Origin: Candidatus Omnitrophota bacterium
Lineage (GTDB): Bacteria > Omnitrophota > Gorgyraeia > Pluralincolimonadales > Pluralincolimonadaceae
Length of the DNA: 64,000 nucleotides
Reading direction: 5' to 3'
NCBI GenBank assembly: GCA_041653595.1
Contig: JBAZFB010000003.1
Coordinates: 346-64,345 of the forward strand
The position numbers were made by a program, and so were the translations under genes. The notes under the pieces were generated by a model. The model worked only from the letters and a program-made list of their open reading frames with translations. It did not search any database and was not told the DNA's origin. This document shows, in pieces, positions 45,199 to 55,344 of this stretch (positions within the stretch are counted from its first letter, which is position 1; each line of letters opens with the position of its first letter).

Positions 45199-45438
45199 AT
45201 GGCTCATCATAAAGGACAAGGTTCAACCAGAAACGGCCGCGACAGCAATTCCCAGAGGTTAGGGTTAAAAGCTTCAGGCGGGCAGAAGGTCACAGCCGGA
45301 AGCATTATAATAAGGCAGCGCGGGACCCCGTTTAAAGCGGGCATCAATGTCGGCAAGGGCAAAGACGACACGCTTTTCGCCTTAAAAGACGGAATAGTAA
45401 CTTTCAAGTCCAAAACCGTAAGTATCCTGCCACAATAA
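45199..45438 (+). CDS. rpmA: 50S ribosomal protein L27
   Basis: [24 protein letters not shown] is the L27 signature. Confidence 0.95.
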   Translation: MAHHKGQGSTRNGRDSNSQRLGLKASGGQKVTAGSIIIRQRGTPFKAGINVGKGKDDTLFALKDGIVTFKSKTVSILPQ

Positions 45439-45459
45439 AATAAGAAGCCGAAAGCCAAG

Positions 45460-46428
45460 GTGTTTGTAGATACCGCGAAGATCGAGGTCAAAGCAGGCCA
45501 CGGCGGTGACGGTTGCTCGAGTTTGTATAAGGACAGGTATTCCCGTTACCCGGTCATGAACGGCGGGCCGGGCGGCAACGGCGGCAACGTCGTAATACGC
45601 GCGAACGAGAACATACACACCCTCCTGGACTTCCAATTCCGCAGGCATTTCAAGGCCCACAAAGGCGAGAACGGCTCATCCAATAACAGGAACGGAAAGA
45701 CCGGGGAGGACTGCGTCATCGAGGTCCCGGTCGGGACGATCGTCGCGGATTTTGAGAAGGGATATACCTTAAGGGACCTGACCGCCTCAGGAGAGAGTTT
45801 TATCGTCGCCAAAGGCGGCCACGGCGGGCGCGGCAACGCCTGCAAGAAACCCGCTACACCCGGCGAGCCTGGCGAAGAGAGATTGCTCTCGCTCGAGCTG
45901 AAACTGATAGCCGATTGCGGGCTTCTCGGTTTTCCGAACGCCGGCAAATCGTCGCTCATCTCGTCTATATCAAAAGCCAAGCCGAAGATCGCGGCGTACC
46001 CGTTCACTACATTAGCGCCGGTGCTCGGCATAGTCGAATATGATGACGGCCGCCATTTCAAGATAGCCGATATCCCGGGCCTGATCGAAGGCGCGCATGA
46101 AGGCAAAGGCCTCGGCCATAAATTCCTTAAACATATCGACCGCACGAAGGTACTGGTGCATATCATCGACATGGCCGGGGTGGACGGCAGGGACCCGCTC
46201 GAGGATTACAAAATATTAAATAACGAATTGAAGCAGTACGGCGTAAGCGCGGAGAAGAAACCGCAGGTCCTGGTCGCCAACAAGATGGATATTCCCGCGG
46301 CAAAAGAGAACCTAAAAAGGTTTAAAGAAAAAATAAAAAAGGATATAATACCTATATCGGCCAAGACCGGCGACGGCACAAAGGAACTGGTAGAGATGAT
46401 CGTAAAAAAACTGGATGAGATAAGATGA
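45460..46428 (+). CDS. obg: GTPase Obg/CgtA (minimal form, no C-terminal extension)
   Basis: MFVDTAKIEVKAGHGGDGC Obg-fold start; G1 GFPNAGKSS and G3 DIPGLIEGA motifs; 322 aa; GTG start. Confidence 0.9.
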   Translation: MFVDTAKIEVKAGHGGDGCSSLYKDRYSRYPVMNGGPGGNGGNVVIRANENIHTLLDFQFRRHFKAHKGENGSSNNRNGKTGEDCVIEVPVGTIVADFEKGYTLRDLTASGESFIVAKGGHGGRGNACKKPATPGEPGEERLLSLELKLIADCGLLGFPNAGKSSLISSISKAKPKIAAYPFTTLAPVLGIVEYDDGRHFKIADIPGLIEGAHEGKGLGHKFLKHIDRTKVLVHIIDMAGVDGRDPLEDYKILNNELKQYGVSAEKKPQVLVANKMDIPAAKENLKRFKEKIKKDIIPISAKTGDGTKELVEMIVKKLDEIR

Positions 46429-47222
46429 GGGAAAAATATCTTTCAAATTTGAAACTCGTAGTCGTCAAGGTCGGGACTTCGACATTGACGTCTAAGACCT
46501 CGCCCATGGACAAGAACGCCATAAAGAGCATCTCCAAGCAGGTCTGCGAACTGCGCGATAAGGGGATAAAGGTCGTCCTCGTAAGCTCGGGCGCTATCGG
46601 CGCGGGCATGCACCTTCTGGGGCTTAAGTCCCGTCCGAAGACACTCGAACACCTCCAGGCGGCCGCGGCGATAGGCCAGGCCCAGCTTATGAAGGCATAT
46701 GACGAGTATTTCAAGGGCCACGGCCGCAAGGTCGCGCAGGTGCTCCTGACGCGCGACGACCTCGAGGAGAAGAAGAGATACACGAGCGTAAAGAACACGA
46801 TACACACCATTCTCGAATACGGCGCCGTCCCTATCATCAACGAGAACGACACAGTCTCGGTCGACGAGATAAAATTCGGCGATAACGACACGCTCGCGAG
46901 CCTCGTGGCGAAATTGCTCGGGGCGGATCTGCTTATACTCCTTTCCGACGTCGACGGCCTCTACTGCCACATGGAAAATAAGGAAGTCATCGATGTGGTC
47001 GAGGAAATAGACGGCGGCGTAGAAAAACTCGCCAGCGGCACCGACAAGGAGACATGCGTCGGCGGGATGTCGACTAAGATAAAGGCCGCGAAGACGGCCA
47101 CCGAAGCCGGCATTCCCATGGTCATCGCCAACGGGAAGACCGAAGATATACTCACGAAGGTCGTCAACAGGGAAAAAGTCGGCACGATCTTTGTTCCGAA
47201 GCATAAGAGGAGCCAGTCCTAG
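46425..47222 (+). CDS. proB: glutamate 5-kinase (no PUA domain)
   Basis: VVKVGTSTLT amino-acid kinase N-terminus; 265 aa; precedes proA. Confidence 0.9.
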   Translation: MREKYLSNLKLVVVKVGTSTLTSKTSPMDKNAIKSISKQVCELRDKGIKVVLVSSGAIGAGMHLLGLKSRPKTLEHLQAAAAIGQAQLMKAYDEYFKGHGRKVAQVLLTRDDLEEKKRYTSVKNTIHTILEYGAVPIINENDTVSVDEIKFGDNDTLASLVAKLLGADLLILLSDVDGLYCHMENKEVIDVVEEIDGGVEKLASGTDKETCVGGMSTKIKAAKTATEAGIPMVIANGKTEDILTKVVNREKVGTIFVPKHKRSQS

Positions 47223-48482
47223 ATGAGCGGTTTGAAAAACGATATAGTTGCTATTGCCCGGGGCGCGAAGAAGGCGTCTTTCCTTATGGGCCAGATTTCG
47301 TCCGCGGTAAAAGAGAAGGCCCTGCTCGCGATGGCAGACGGGCTCGAGGAGAACAAGTCCGCGGTATTTGCCGCGAATAAGAAAGACGTGAAAGCCGCGA
47401 AGTCGAAAAAACTTAGCGCCGCCTTCATCGACCGGCTCACATTGGACGAGAAGCGCATAAAGGCGATGGCCGATTCTTTGCGCCAGGTCGCGGTCCAGCA
47501 CGATCCTATCGGCGAGGTCATAAAGATGTGGACGCGCCCGAACGGGTTATGGATCGGGAAATTAAGGGTGCCGCTCGGCGTGATCGGCGTCATATATGAA
47601 TCGCGCCCGAATGTCACGGCCGATTGTATAGGATTATGCCTCAAGGCCGGCAACTGCGCGATACTGCGCGGCGGAAGCGAGGCTATAAATTCCAATATCG
47701 CCATCTTCGATATCCTTAACGGCGCGGCAAAAGAGAACGGTATACCTGACGGGGCTATCAGCCTGGTGAAGACGACCGACAGGAAGGCCGTCCGCATACT
47801 CCTGACTTTAAGCGATCACGTCGACCTGATAATACCCCGCGGCGGCGAGAGCCTGATAAGGGAAGTCGCCCAACATTCGAAGATCCCCGTCCTCAAGCAC
47901 TATAAGGGGATATGCCACGTCTACGTGGACGAGGACGCGGACCTCAATATGGCCGAGAGGATATGTTTCAATGCCAAGGTCCAGAGGCCTTCGGTCTGCA
48001 ACGCGATGGAGACCCTCCTGGTAAGCGAGGACGTCGCGGCGAGGTTTTTGCCTTCGATGGCAAAGAAATACAAAGAGGCGGGCGTCGAGATAAGGGGCTG
48101 CCCTATGACCCGGAGGATCGTCAAAGGGATAAAGGCCGCGACCGAGAAGGATTGGTCGACCGAATACCTCGGCCTGATAATTTCGATAAAGGTCGTCAAA
48201 GGCCCGCATGAGGCGGTCGAGCATATAAACAAATACGGCACTAAACTCTCGGACGCCATCGTGACCGAGAATTACCATAACGCGGTCGAGTTCCTCCGCA
48301 AGGTCGACTCGGCTGCGGTCTATGTCAACGCCTCGACGCGTTTTACCGACGGCGGAGAGTTCGGGTTCGGCGCCGAGATAGGCATCTCGACCGACAAGTT
48401 CCACGCCCGCGGCCCGGTCGGGGTAGAGGAACTCACAAGTTACAAATATATAATCTACGGCGACGGACAGATAAGGGAGTGA
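47223..48482 (+). CDS. proA: gamma-glutamyl phosphate reductase
   Basis: ALDH-superfamily fold with a conserved catalytic Cys region (GQxCNA-like SVCNAMETLLV). proB-proA pairing. Confidence 0.9.
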   Translation: MSGLKNDIVAIARGAKKASFLMGQISSAVKEKALLAMADGLEENKSAVFAANKKDVKAAKSKKLSAAFIDRLTLDEKRIKAMADSLRQVAVQHDPIGEVIKMWTRPNGLWIGKLRVPLGVIGVIYESRPNVTADCIGLCLKAGNCAILRGGSEAINSNIAIFDILNGAAKENGIPDGAISLVKTTDRKAVRILLTLSDHVDLIIPRGGESLIREVAQHSKIPVLKHYKGICHVYVDEDADLNMAERICFNAKVQRPSVCNAMETLLVSEDVAARFLPSMAKKYKEAGVEIRGCPMTRRIVKGIKAATEKDWSTEYLGLIISIKVVKGPHEAVEHINKYGTKLSDAIVTENYHNAVEFLRKVDSAAVYVNASTRFTDGGEFGFGAEIGISTDKFHARGPVGVEELTSYKYIIYGDGQIRE

Positions 48483-48486
48483 CATC

Positions 48487-49056
48487 ATGCGTATAGGCAT
48501 ACTCGGCGGCACGTTCAATCCCATCCACGTCGGCCATCTCGTACTGGCCGAAGAGGCGAGGGAGAAGCTCAGCCTCGATAAGGTGATATTCGTCCCGGCG
48601 TATATACCGCCTCACAAGAAGGACGAGGAGCTCGCCGAGCCGAACGACAGGTTCAAGATGGTCGAGCTGGCGCTGAGGGGCAATTCGGATTTCGAGGTAT
48701 CGTCGTTCGAGATCGACGCGAAGACGACTTCTTATTCGGTGGAGACACTGAAGGCCTTCAAGCAGAAATACGGCGAGGAGGCCAAGCTCTTCTTCATAAC
48801 CGGCGCGGATTCGCTGGGCGAGATATATTCATGGAAAGAGATCGACCAGATATTCAAGCTTTCGAATTTCATCGTGGCCAACCGCCCGGGATACGACATA
48901 GCGAACGTCCCGAGCGGCACCGACGTCGTCACGATAACCTCCCTGGAGATATCATCCTCGCTTATAAGGAAGAAGCTAAGGGAAGGCAAGTCGATAAGGT
49001 ATCTTGTCGCCGAACCCGTAAGGGAATATATAATAGCCCGAAGGCTTTACAGATAA
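48487..49056 (+). CDS. nadD: nicotinate-nucleotide adenylyltransferase
   Basis: GILGGTFNPIHVGH is the (H/T)xGH nucleotidyltransferase motif; about 189 aa; conserved obg-proBA-nadD-rsfS neighbourhood. Confidence 0.9.
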   Translation: MRIGILGGTFNPIHVGHLVLAEEAREKLSLDKVIFVPAYIPPHKKDEELAEPNDRFKMVELALRGNSDFEVSSFEIDAKTTSYSVETLKAFKQKYGEEAKLFFITGADSLGEIYSWKEIDQIFKLSNFIVANRPGYDIANVPSGTDVVTITSLEISSSLIRKKLREGKSIRYLVAEPVREYIIARRLYR

Positions 49057-49068
49057 CGGAGGAAGACG

Positions 49069-50034
49069 ATGAGGAACTATTACGTTACGCCTGAAGGCCA
49101 GCTCCGCAAGGATATACCCGTAGAGGAATTCCGCCAGGCCCTGGCGGCGGAGAAATCGCTGCTTTGGGTGGATATGGAAGGCCTCGAGGACAGCGATATT
49201 GAGGTCCTGATGGACGTATTCGGCCTCCACCCGCTGACCATAGAGGACTGCATAATGGTCAACGCCAGGCCGAAGGTCGAGGATTTCCAGAGCTACCTTT
49301 TCCTGGTCACCCAGGGCGTAAGGGTGAACGAGGAGACGAGGAAGATAGAAATGTTCGAGGTGGATTTTTGCCTCGGGAAGAACTATCTTATAACCGTCCA
49401 TACCGACCCGATCAGGCCGGTAACCCTTAACCTCGAGAGGGTCGATAAAGGTTCGCCTATAATAAAAAGGGGCGGAGATTTTCTCATGTGCTCCATACTG
49501 GAGTCGCTCGCCGACAGCTATTATCCCCTCGTCGACCAGTTTGACAAGCGCGTCGATGAGATGGAGGCGGAGCTCTTCAAGGACCCTACGACGAAGACCT
49601 TCAACCAGATATACAGGCTCAAGAACGACACGATGCTCCTGCGCCGGACGATAGGCCCGCAGGCCGACATCTTCTCCATCATTACGCGCGGGGACTTCCC
49701 GCTCATCCAGCCCGCCAATTACGTATATTACAGGAACGTCTTCGACCACCTCGTGAGGATAAACGATATCGTCGGCACCTCGCGCGATATCGTCACCGGC
49801 GCGCTCGAGGCATACGTATCCATCGTCTCGAACAGGCTGAACGAAGTAATGAAGGTCCTGACTCTCCTGGCCACGGTGATGATGCCGTTCATAGTCATCC
49901 CGAGCATCTACGGCATGAACCTGAAGTTCCTGCCTTTTTCGCAGCATGAGAACGGCCTCTTCTTCATACTGGCATTCACCCTCGCGTTGACTATAATCAT
50001 GGTTTTATACCTGAAGAATAAGAGATGGTTATAA
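49069..50034 (+). CDS. corA: magnesium/cobalt transporter CorA
   Basis: C-terminal two TM helices with the YGMN motif (IYGMNLKFLPF) and an N-terminal cytoplasmic funnel domain. Confidence 0.85.
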   Translation: MRNYYVTPEGQLRKDIPVEEFRQALAAEKSLLWVDMEGLEDSDIEVLMDVFGLHPLTIEDCIMVNARPKVEDFQSYLFLVTQGVRVNEETRKIEMFEVDFCLGKNYLITVHTDPIRPVTLNLERVDKGSPIIKRGGDFLMCSILESLADSYYPLVDQFDKRVDEMEAELFKDPTTKTFNQIYRLKNDTMLLRRTIGPQADIFSIITRGDFPLIQPANYVYYRNVFDHLVRINDIVGTSRDIVTGALEAYVSIVSNRLNEVMKVLTLLATVMMPFIVIPSIYGMNLKFLPFSQHENGLFFILAFTLALTIIMVLYLKNKRWL

Positions 50035-51035
50035 TAAACGAGCTTAAGTTATTCTGGCCGCTCATGATAGCGATAGGGGTCCTGTTGGTCCTGTCGGCTT
50101 TCTTTTCTATGTCGGAGACGGCGCTCATATCCTTGAACAAGATACGTTTGCGCCATTTAGTGTCAAAGGGCAACAAGAAGGCGAAACTGGTATATGCCCT
50201 CGTCTCCAATCCCGACCGCTTCATCACATCGATACTTGTGGGGAACAATATCGTTAATACCGCGATATCAGTCCTCATCGCCTTTGTGCTCATACATATA
50301 TTCGGGGAGGACATGGGAATGGTGCTCGCTACCGTGATAGGCGCGACCATCATCGTAGTCTTCGGCGAGATCATCCCTAAGGTCTTCGCGGTCCAGCGCG
50401 CCGAGAGGACCTCCCTTGAGCTCGCCGTCCCGCTGAAGTTCGTCCTCGCGGTCCTGGCGCCTGTTGCCCGCGTCTTTTACGGCCTCGGCAACGGCATAAT
50501 CAAGGTCTTCGGCGGGGAGCCGCAGAGGGGCCCTCTCATCACCGAGGAAGAGATAAGGCTCATGATAGAGCTGGGCAAGGAAGAGGGCGTCCTCGGCGAT
50601 GAGGAGCGCAAGATGCTCCACAGGATATTCGAGTTCGGCGATACGCTCGTCAGCGAAGTCATGATCCCGAAAGAAAAGATAATAGGAATAGACGTCGATG
50701 CCTCGGCCGAGGAGCTGCTTGACCTATTGGTCGAAGAGGGCCACGCGAGGGTTCCGGCATATAAGGGCTCGGTAGACAATATCGAGGGGATCATCTACGC
50801 GCGGGACCTGCTTTATATCTGGCAGAACAAGGGCCTGGTCATAATACCGGACCTGCTTCACCCGCCGTATTTCATTCCGAAGAACAAACGTGTCAGCGAC
50901 CTGCTTAAGGATTTCCAGCGGATGCGGATACAGATGGCGATAGTCGTGGACGACAAGAAACAGACGATCGGCCTCATAACCCTGGAAGACCTTATAGAGG
51001 AGATAGTGGGGGAGATAGACGAGTCACTGGAATGA
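50025..51035 (+). CDS. CNNM/HlyC-CorC family protein (DUF21 TM domain plus CBS pair, CorC_HlyC C-domain largely absent)
   Basis: Four TM DUF21 domain with FFSMSETALISL, two CBS motifs, ends ...EEIVGEIDESLE. Confidence 0.85.
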   Translation: MVIINELKLFWPLMIAIGVLLVLSAFFSMSETALISLNKIRLRHLVSKGNKKAKLVYALVSNPDRFITSILVGNNIVNTAISVLIAFVLIHIFGEDMGMVLATVIGATIIVVFGEIIPKVFAVQRAERTSLELAVPLKFVLAVLAPVARVFYGLGNGIIKVFGGEPQRGPLITEEEIRLMIELGKEEGVLGDEERKMLHRIFEFGDTLVSEVMIPKEKIIGIDVDASAEELLDLLVEEGHARVPAYKGSVDNIEGIIYARDLLYIWQNKGLVIIPDLLHPPYFIPKNKRVSDLLKDFQRMRIQMAIVVDDKKQTIGLITLEDLIEEIVGEIDESLE

Positions 51036-51092
51036 AAGGTGCCCGCTTCGTGGCGGGTCATCTTTATCCCGCACCTTACAAAAGGTGCGGGG

Positions 51093-51121
51093 TTGACAGC
51101 GATTTAGAGGTGTGGTAGACT
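51093..51121 (+). promoter_or_regulatory. candidate promoter TTGACA-17-TAGACT for the small zinc-ribbon gene and rsfS
   Basis: It directly follows two hairpins (51041-51058 and 51069-51090) downstream of the CNNM gene. AGGAGG RBS at 51143. Confidence 0.35.
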
Positions 51122-51154
51122 AGAGTCATTCCAAAACCTTACAGGAGGTGCTAG

Positions 51155-51295
51155 ATGGAAGGTTATTGCGTTAAATGCAAGAAGAAGCAGGAAATGAAAG
51201 ACACAATGAAGCAGAAGATGAAGAATGGCCGTGAAGCGATGAAGGGCAAATGCCCGGTCTGCGGCACGGGAATGTACAGGATACTTGGAAAGTAA
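51155..51295 (+). CDS. small zinc-ribbon protein (46 aa, two CxxC pairs; DUF5679-like)
   Basis: Hand translation gives MEGYCVKCKKKQEMKDTMKQKMKNGREAMKGKCPVCGTGMYRILGK with an AGGAGG RBS 7 nt upstream. It is below the ORF-track length cutoff. Confidence 0.6.
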   Translation: MEGYCVKCKKKQEMKDTMKQKMKNGREAMKGKCPVCGTGMYRILGK

Positions 51296-51638
51296 GACAG
51301 AGCCCAGATCAAAAGCTGTACTGATAGCTGAGACCGCAAAAGAGAAGAAGGCCGAAGACATAGTATTGTTGGACGTGAGCAGGGTGTCCGCGTTCTGCGA
51401 TTATTTCATAATCATGACTGCGAACAACACCCGCCAGGTCAAGGCTATATCGGATGAGATAGAAGGTAAGCTGGAGGAGGAAGGTTACCTGCTCTGGCAC
51501 AGGGAGGGCGAGAGGGAGTCGAGCTGGCTGTTGCTCGATTTCGGGAATTGCGTCGTCCATATCTTCGATCCGGAAGCCAGAAGGTTCTATGGCCTCGAAA
51601 GCTTATGGGGAGACGTGCCCCGCGAGAATCTCGGCTAG
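51285..51638 (+). CDS. rsfS: ribosomal silencing factor RsfS (Iojap family)
   Basis: KKAEDIVLLDVSRVSAFCDYFIIMTANNTRQVKAI...VVHIF matches RsfS, in the conserved position after nadD. The TTG start at 51285 is uncertain and overlaps the small ORF. Confidence 0.75.
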   Translation: MESKTEPRSKAVLIAETAKEKKAEDIVLLDVSRVSAFCDYFIIMTANNTRQVKAISDEIEGKLEEEGYLLWHREGERESSWLLLDFGNCVVHIFDPEARRFYGLESLWGDVPRENLG

Positions 51639-51656
51639 TATTGGATATCCTTAAAT

Positions 51657-51690
51657 GCCACCCGCATCCCTGCGGGTGGCATTATATTTA
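51657..51690 (+). terminator. probable intrinsic terminator after rsfS
   Basis: GCCACCCGCA-tccc-TGCGGGTGGC, a perfect 10 bp stem, followed by ATTATATTT. Confidence 0.5.
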
Positions 51691-51698
51691 GGAGAGGC

Positions 51699-53363
51699 AT
51701 GGTAGAGACCCGGATACTTGAATTTCTCGATAAGAATTTAGGCGCGACGGAGAAGATCAAAGGCCTTTACGCCCGGGACCTGCTCTGTCTCGAGAATCCC
51801 AGGGACCCGGCGCACGGGGACATCTCGACGAATATCGCCTTCAGGCTGGCCAAGCCGCTGAAGACAAATCCTGCCGAGCTGGCCAAGGAGATCGCCAAGG
51901 CGCTCTCCGGCGCTCTCGCGTCTTCACCGCTCAAAGGCGAGGTCGACGCCATAGAGCCGCTCAACGGTTTTATAAACATAAGGCTTTCGGCCCCGGCGCT
52001 GCGCCAGATTCTAAAGGATATAAAGTCCGGTAAAGAGAAGTTCGGTTGTAACGATTCCGGAAAAGGAAAGAAGATACAGGTCGAGTTCGTCAGCGCGAAC
52101 CCGACAGGCACGCTGAGCGTCGCGCACGCGCGCCAGGCCGCGTTCGGCGATTCGTTGGCGAATATAATCGCGGCCAACGGCCATGAAGTGACCCGGGAAT
52201 ATTATATAAACGACGAGGGCGTCCAGATAACAATACTCGGCCAGTCTATATACGCCAGGTACAGGCAGGAGATAGGCGACCAGTATGAATTCCCGGAGAA
52301 CGGTTATAAGGGCGAGTATATAAAGGAGATGGCCGAAGAATTCCGCAAGGAGCACGGCGATAAATATAAAGCAGGGACGCCGGAGGATCTCAAGGTATTT
52401 TCGGAATGGGGCTGCGGTTATCTCCTGAATGAGATAAAAAAAGAACTGCTGGATTTCGGGGTAAAGTTCGACGTCTGGTTCAGCCAGAAGGCGCTCGGCG
52501 CGTCCGGGAAGATAGAGAAGACGCTCGAGCTCCTCAGGAAGAAGGGATTGTTATACGAAGCGGAAGGCGCGCTCTGGTTCAAGTCCACGCAATTCGGCGA
52601 TGACAAGGACAGGGTAGTCAAGAAGAGCGACGGCGCGTACACATACGTGACGCCGGATATCGCCTATCACAAGGATAAATTCGAGCGGGGTTTTTCCGGG
52701 GTCATCGATATACTCGGGCCCGACCATCACGGTTATATAAACAGGATAAAGGCCGCGGTTCAGGCGCTCGGCTATCCGGCAGGCGCGGTATCTATAATAA
52801 TAATACAGCTGGCGACATTATATAAGAACGGGCAGCCGGTGAAGATGTCCACGCGGGCCGGCGAGTATATAACTTTACGGGAGGTCCTCGATGAAGTCGG
52901 GAAGGACGCGGCGCGTTTCTTCTTCCTGATGAGGAAGGCGAACGCGCACCTCGATTTCGACCTCGAGCTCGCGAAGAAGCAGACGCCCGAGAACCCTGTC
53001 TATTATGTCCAGTACGCGCACGCGAGGATATGCAGCTTGCTCGCCTTGTCGAAATTACCGGAGGGCGATATCGCGGGCGCGGACCTCGAACTGCTCGGCG
53101 CGCCGGAGGAGTTGAATTTATTCAAAGAGTTGAGGCAGTTCCCGCAATCGGTGAAGCTTGCCGCGCAGGAGCTCGACCCTTACAGGATAATAACATACCT
53201 GCAGGAATTGGCGGCGTGCTTCCATAAATTCTACGAGGCGAACAAGGTCATCTCGGACGACGCGGAGCTCAGCCGCGCGAGGCTCTATCTCGTCTCATGC
53301 GTCAAGCAAACTCTCGCCAACGGCCTGACCCTGCTCGGAGTCTCCTGCCCGGCGAAGATGTAA
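51699..53363 (+). CDS. argS: arginine--tRNA ligase
   Basis: N-terminal Arg_tRNA_synt_N, catalytic core with SANPTGTLSVAHAR (HIGH-region variant), and a DALR anticodon-binding C-domain. 554 aa. Confidence 0.9.
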   Translation: MVETRILEFLDKNLGATEKIKGLYARDLLCLENPRDPAHGDISTNIAFRLAKPLKTNPAELAKEIAKALSGALASSPLKGEVDAIEPLNGFINIRLSAPALRQILKDIKSGKEKFGCNDSGKGKKIQVEFVSANPTGTLSVAHARQAAFGDSLANIIAANGHEVTREYYINDEGVQITILGQSIYARYRQEIGDQYEFPENGYKGEYIKEMAEEFRKEHGDKYKAGTPEDLKVFSEWGCGYLLNEIKKELLDFGVKFDVWFSQKALGASGKIEKTLELLRKKGLLYEAEGALWFKSTQFGDDKDRVVKKSDGAYTYVTPDIAYHKDKFERGFSGVIDILGPDHHGYINRIKAAVQALGYPAGAVSIIIIQLATLYKNGQPVKMSTRAGEYITLREVLDEVGKDAARFFFLMRKANAHLDFDLELAKKQTPENPVYYVQYAHARICSLLALSKLPEGDIAGADLELLGAPEELNLFKELRQFPQSVKLAAQELDPYRIITYLQELAACFHKFYEANKVISDDAELSRARLYLVSCVKQTLANGLTLLGVSCPAKM

Positions 53364-53387
53364 ATTTCGCAATACGGCCCCAAAATT

Positions 53388-55310
53388 ATGTTCGAATCAC
53401 TCAAATTATACAAGAACGAGGAGTTGAGCCTCGAGAAGGTGCACGGGCAGCTGGTCGAGCTGGGTTATGAGCGCCGGCCGAAGGTAGCCGAACAGGGGGA
53501 CTTTGCCCAGCGCGGCGGGATCCTCGACATCTTCCCTGTGACCTTCGACGAGCCGGTGCGCCTCGAGTTCGACGCGGACAAGCTCGTCCATATAAAATCA
53601 TTCGATATCGCCACCGGCACTTCTTTCCTGGACCACCAGATGGCGATCATCCTTCCGGCCAAAGGTATTGTGCCGCGAAAACTAAAGACCCGCCGCATCC
53701 CCGGCGTCGAGATCTCCGAAGACCTGCCGATAAGCAACTTCGTCGACATATCCCCGGGCGATCACGTCGTCCACGTAAAACACGGCATAGGCCGGTATAA
53801 AGGGATAGAGCGCGTAAAAGAGCCAAAGGGCGTCATCGATTATATCGTCATAGAATACGCCGAAGGCGCGAAACTTTTCGTCCCGATGCCGGAGATGAAC
53901 CTCGTCCAGAAATATATAGGGTTCGAGGGCAGGCCTCCGAAACTATACAAACTCGGGACCAGGGCGTGGGCGCTGGCCAAGGCCCGCGCGCAAAAAGGCA
54001 TCTATTCGCTCGCGTTGGAATACATCGAGATCCAGGCGAAGCGCGAGGCGTTGAAGGGTTTCGCCTTTTCGAAAGATACGGATTGGCAGGCGGAGCTCGA
54101 GAGGTCGTTCCAGTTCAAGGACACGCCGGCGCAGGCCAGGGCCGCGCAGGAGATAAAACGCGACATGGAAAGCCCGAAGCCGATGGACAGGCTCGTCTGC
54201 GGCGACGTGGGATACGGAAAGACCGAAGTCGCCCTGCGCGCCGCGTTCAAGGCCGTCACGGACAATAAGCAGGTCGCGATGCTCGTGCCCACGACCATCC
54301 TCGCCGAACAGCATTACGCGACATTCAAGGAGAGGATGAAGAAATACCCGGTGAATATCGAGATGCTCTCGCGTTTCAGGAGCGGGACAGAACAGGGCGC
54401 GATAATCGCCGGCGTAAAAGACGGCTCGGTCGACATTATAATAGGGACGCACCGGCTCCTCTCGCACGATGTCGCGTTCAGGGAGCTCGGCCTGGTAATA
54501 ATCGACGAGGAACAGAGGTTCGGCGTAAAACACAAGGAGCGGCTGAAGAGGATGAGGCTCCTGGTCGATGTCCTGACGCTTACGGCCACGCCGATCCCGC
54601 GCACCCTTTATATGTCGCTTATGGGCATAAAGGATATGTCGGTGATCGACACCCCGCCCGAGAACAGGATACCGGTCGCGACGAAAGTCGCGGAATTCGA
54701 CGAGCGGATAATAAAAGATGGGATAAAGCGCGAACTCAAACGCGGCGGCCAGGTCTTTTTCGTGAATAACAGGATACGGGGGCTGAATAAACTGGCGGAG
54801 CGGTTGAGGGAGATCGTCCCCGGGGCCAGGGTGGAGGAGGCGCACGGGCAGATGCCGGCGCACGAACTGGAGAATATAATGGTCGGGTTCATAAACGGCA
54901 GGATAGATGTGCTCGTTTCCACCGCCATAATCCAATCCGGCATCGATATCCCCAACGCGAACACGATATTCGTCAACCGCGCCGATATGTTCGGACTCGC
55001 CGACCTCTACCAGTTGAGGGGCCGGGTGGGAAGGTATATAGTCCAGGCCCATTCATATTTTCTTTATCCCAAGGGGTGGCAATTGCCCAAGGACGCCGAG
55101 GCGAGGCTTAAGGCGATCGAGGAGCATACCGAGCTCGGCTCCGGCTTCAAGATAGCGATGGAGGACCTTGAACTGCGCGGCGCCGGAAACCTTTTGGGCA
55201 CGGAACAGCACGGCTTTATACAGGCGATAGGTTTTGACCTTTATTGCAGGCTGCTGAGAAGCACGATAGCCGGTCTCCGAAAGGGCTTGCCTATCCGGAG
55301 CCGGTTATGA
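53388..55310 (+). CDS. mfd: transcription-repair coupling factor Mfd, minimal form (D1b-like/D3-RID-translocase; no D1a/D2, no D7)
   Basis: [15 protein letters not shown]...[11 protein letters not shown] is the RNAP-interacting (CarD/TRCF) domain. [11 protein letters not shown] Walker [16 protein letters not shown] motif VI, and [19 protein letters not shown] motif. Only 640 aa. Starts 24 nt after argS. Confidence 0.8.
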   Translation: MFESLKLYKNEELSLEKVHGQLVELGYERRPKVAEQGDFAQRGGILDIFPVTFDEPVRLEFDADKLVHIKSFDIATGTSFLDHQMAIILPAKGIVPRKLKTRRIPGVEISEDLPISNFVDISPGDHVVHVKHGIGRYKGIERVKEPKGVIDYIVIEYAEGAKLFVPMPEMNLVQKYIGFEGRPPKLYKLGTRAWALAKARAQKGIYSLALEYIEIQAKREALKGFAFSKDTDWQAELERSFQFKDTPAQARAAQEIKRDMESPKPMDRLVCGDVGYGKTEVALRAAFKAVTDNKQVAMLVPTTILAEQHYATFKERMKKYPVNIEMLSRFRSGTEQGAIIAGVKDGSVDIIIGTHRLLSHDVAFRELGLVIIDEEQRFGVKHKERLKRMRLLVDVLTLTATPIPRTLYMSLMGIKDMSVIDTPPENRIPVATKVAEFDERIIKDGIKRELKRGGQVFFVNNRIRGLNKLAERLREIVPGARVEEAHGQMPAHELENIMVGFINGRIDVLVSTAIIQSGIDIPNANTIFVNRADMFGLADLYQLRGRVGRYIVQAHSYFLYPKGWQLPKDAEARLKAIEEHTELGSGFKIAMEDLELRGAGNLLGTEQHGFIQAIGFDLYCRLLRSTIAGLRKGLPIRSRL

Positions 55311-55344
55311 TATATTATTCTAAATACTTACCAGAGAGAAGATA

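Noticed and set aside
44611-45219. 202-aa minus-strand ORF spanning the rplU promoter and gene
   Set aside because: It is antisense to rplU and to a consensus promoter. It has no RBS or motif.
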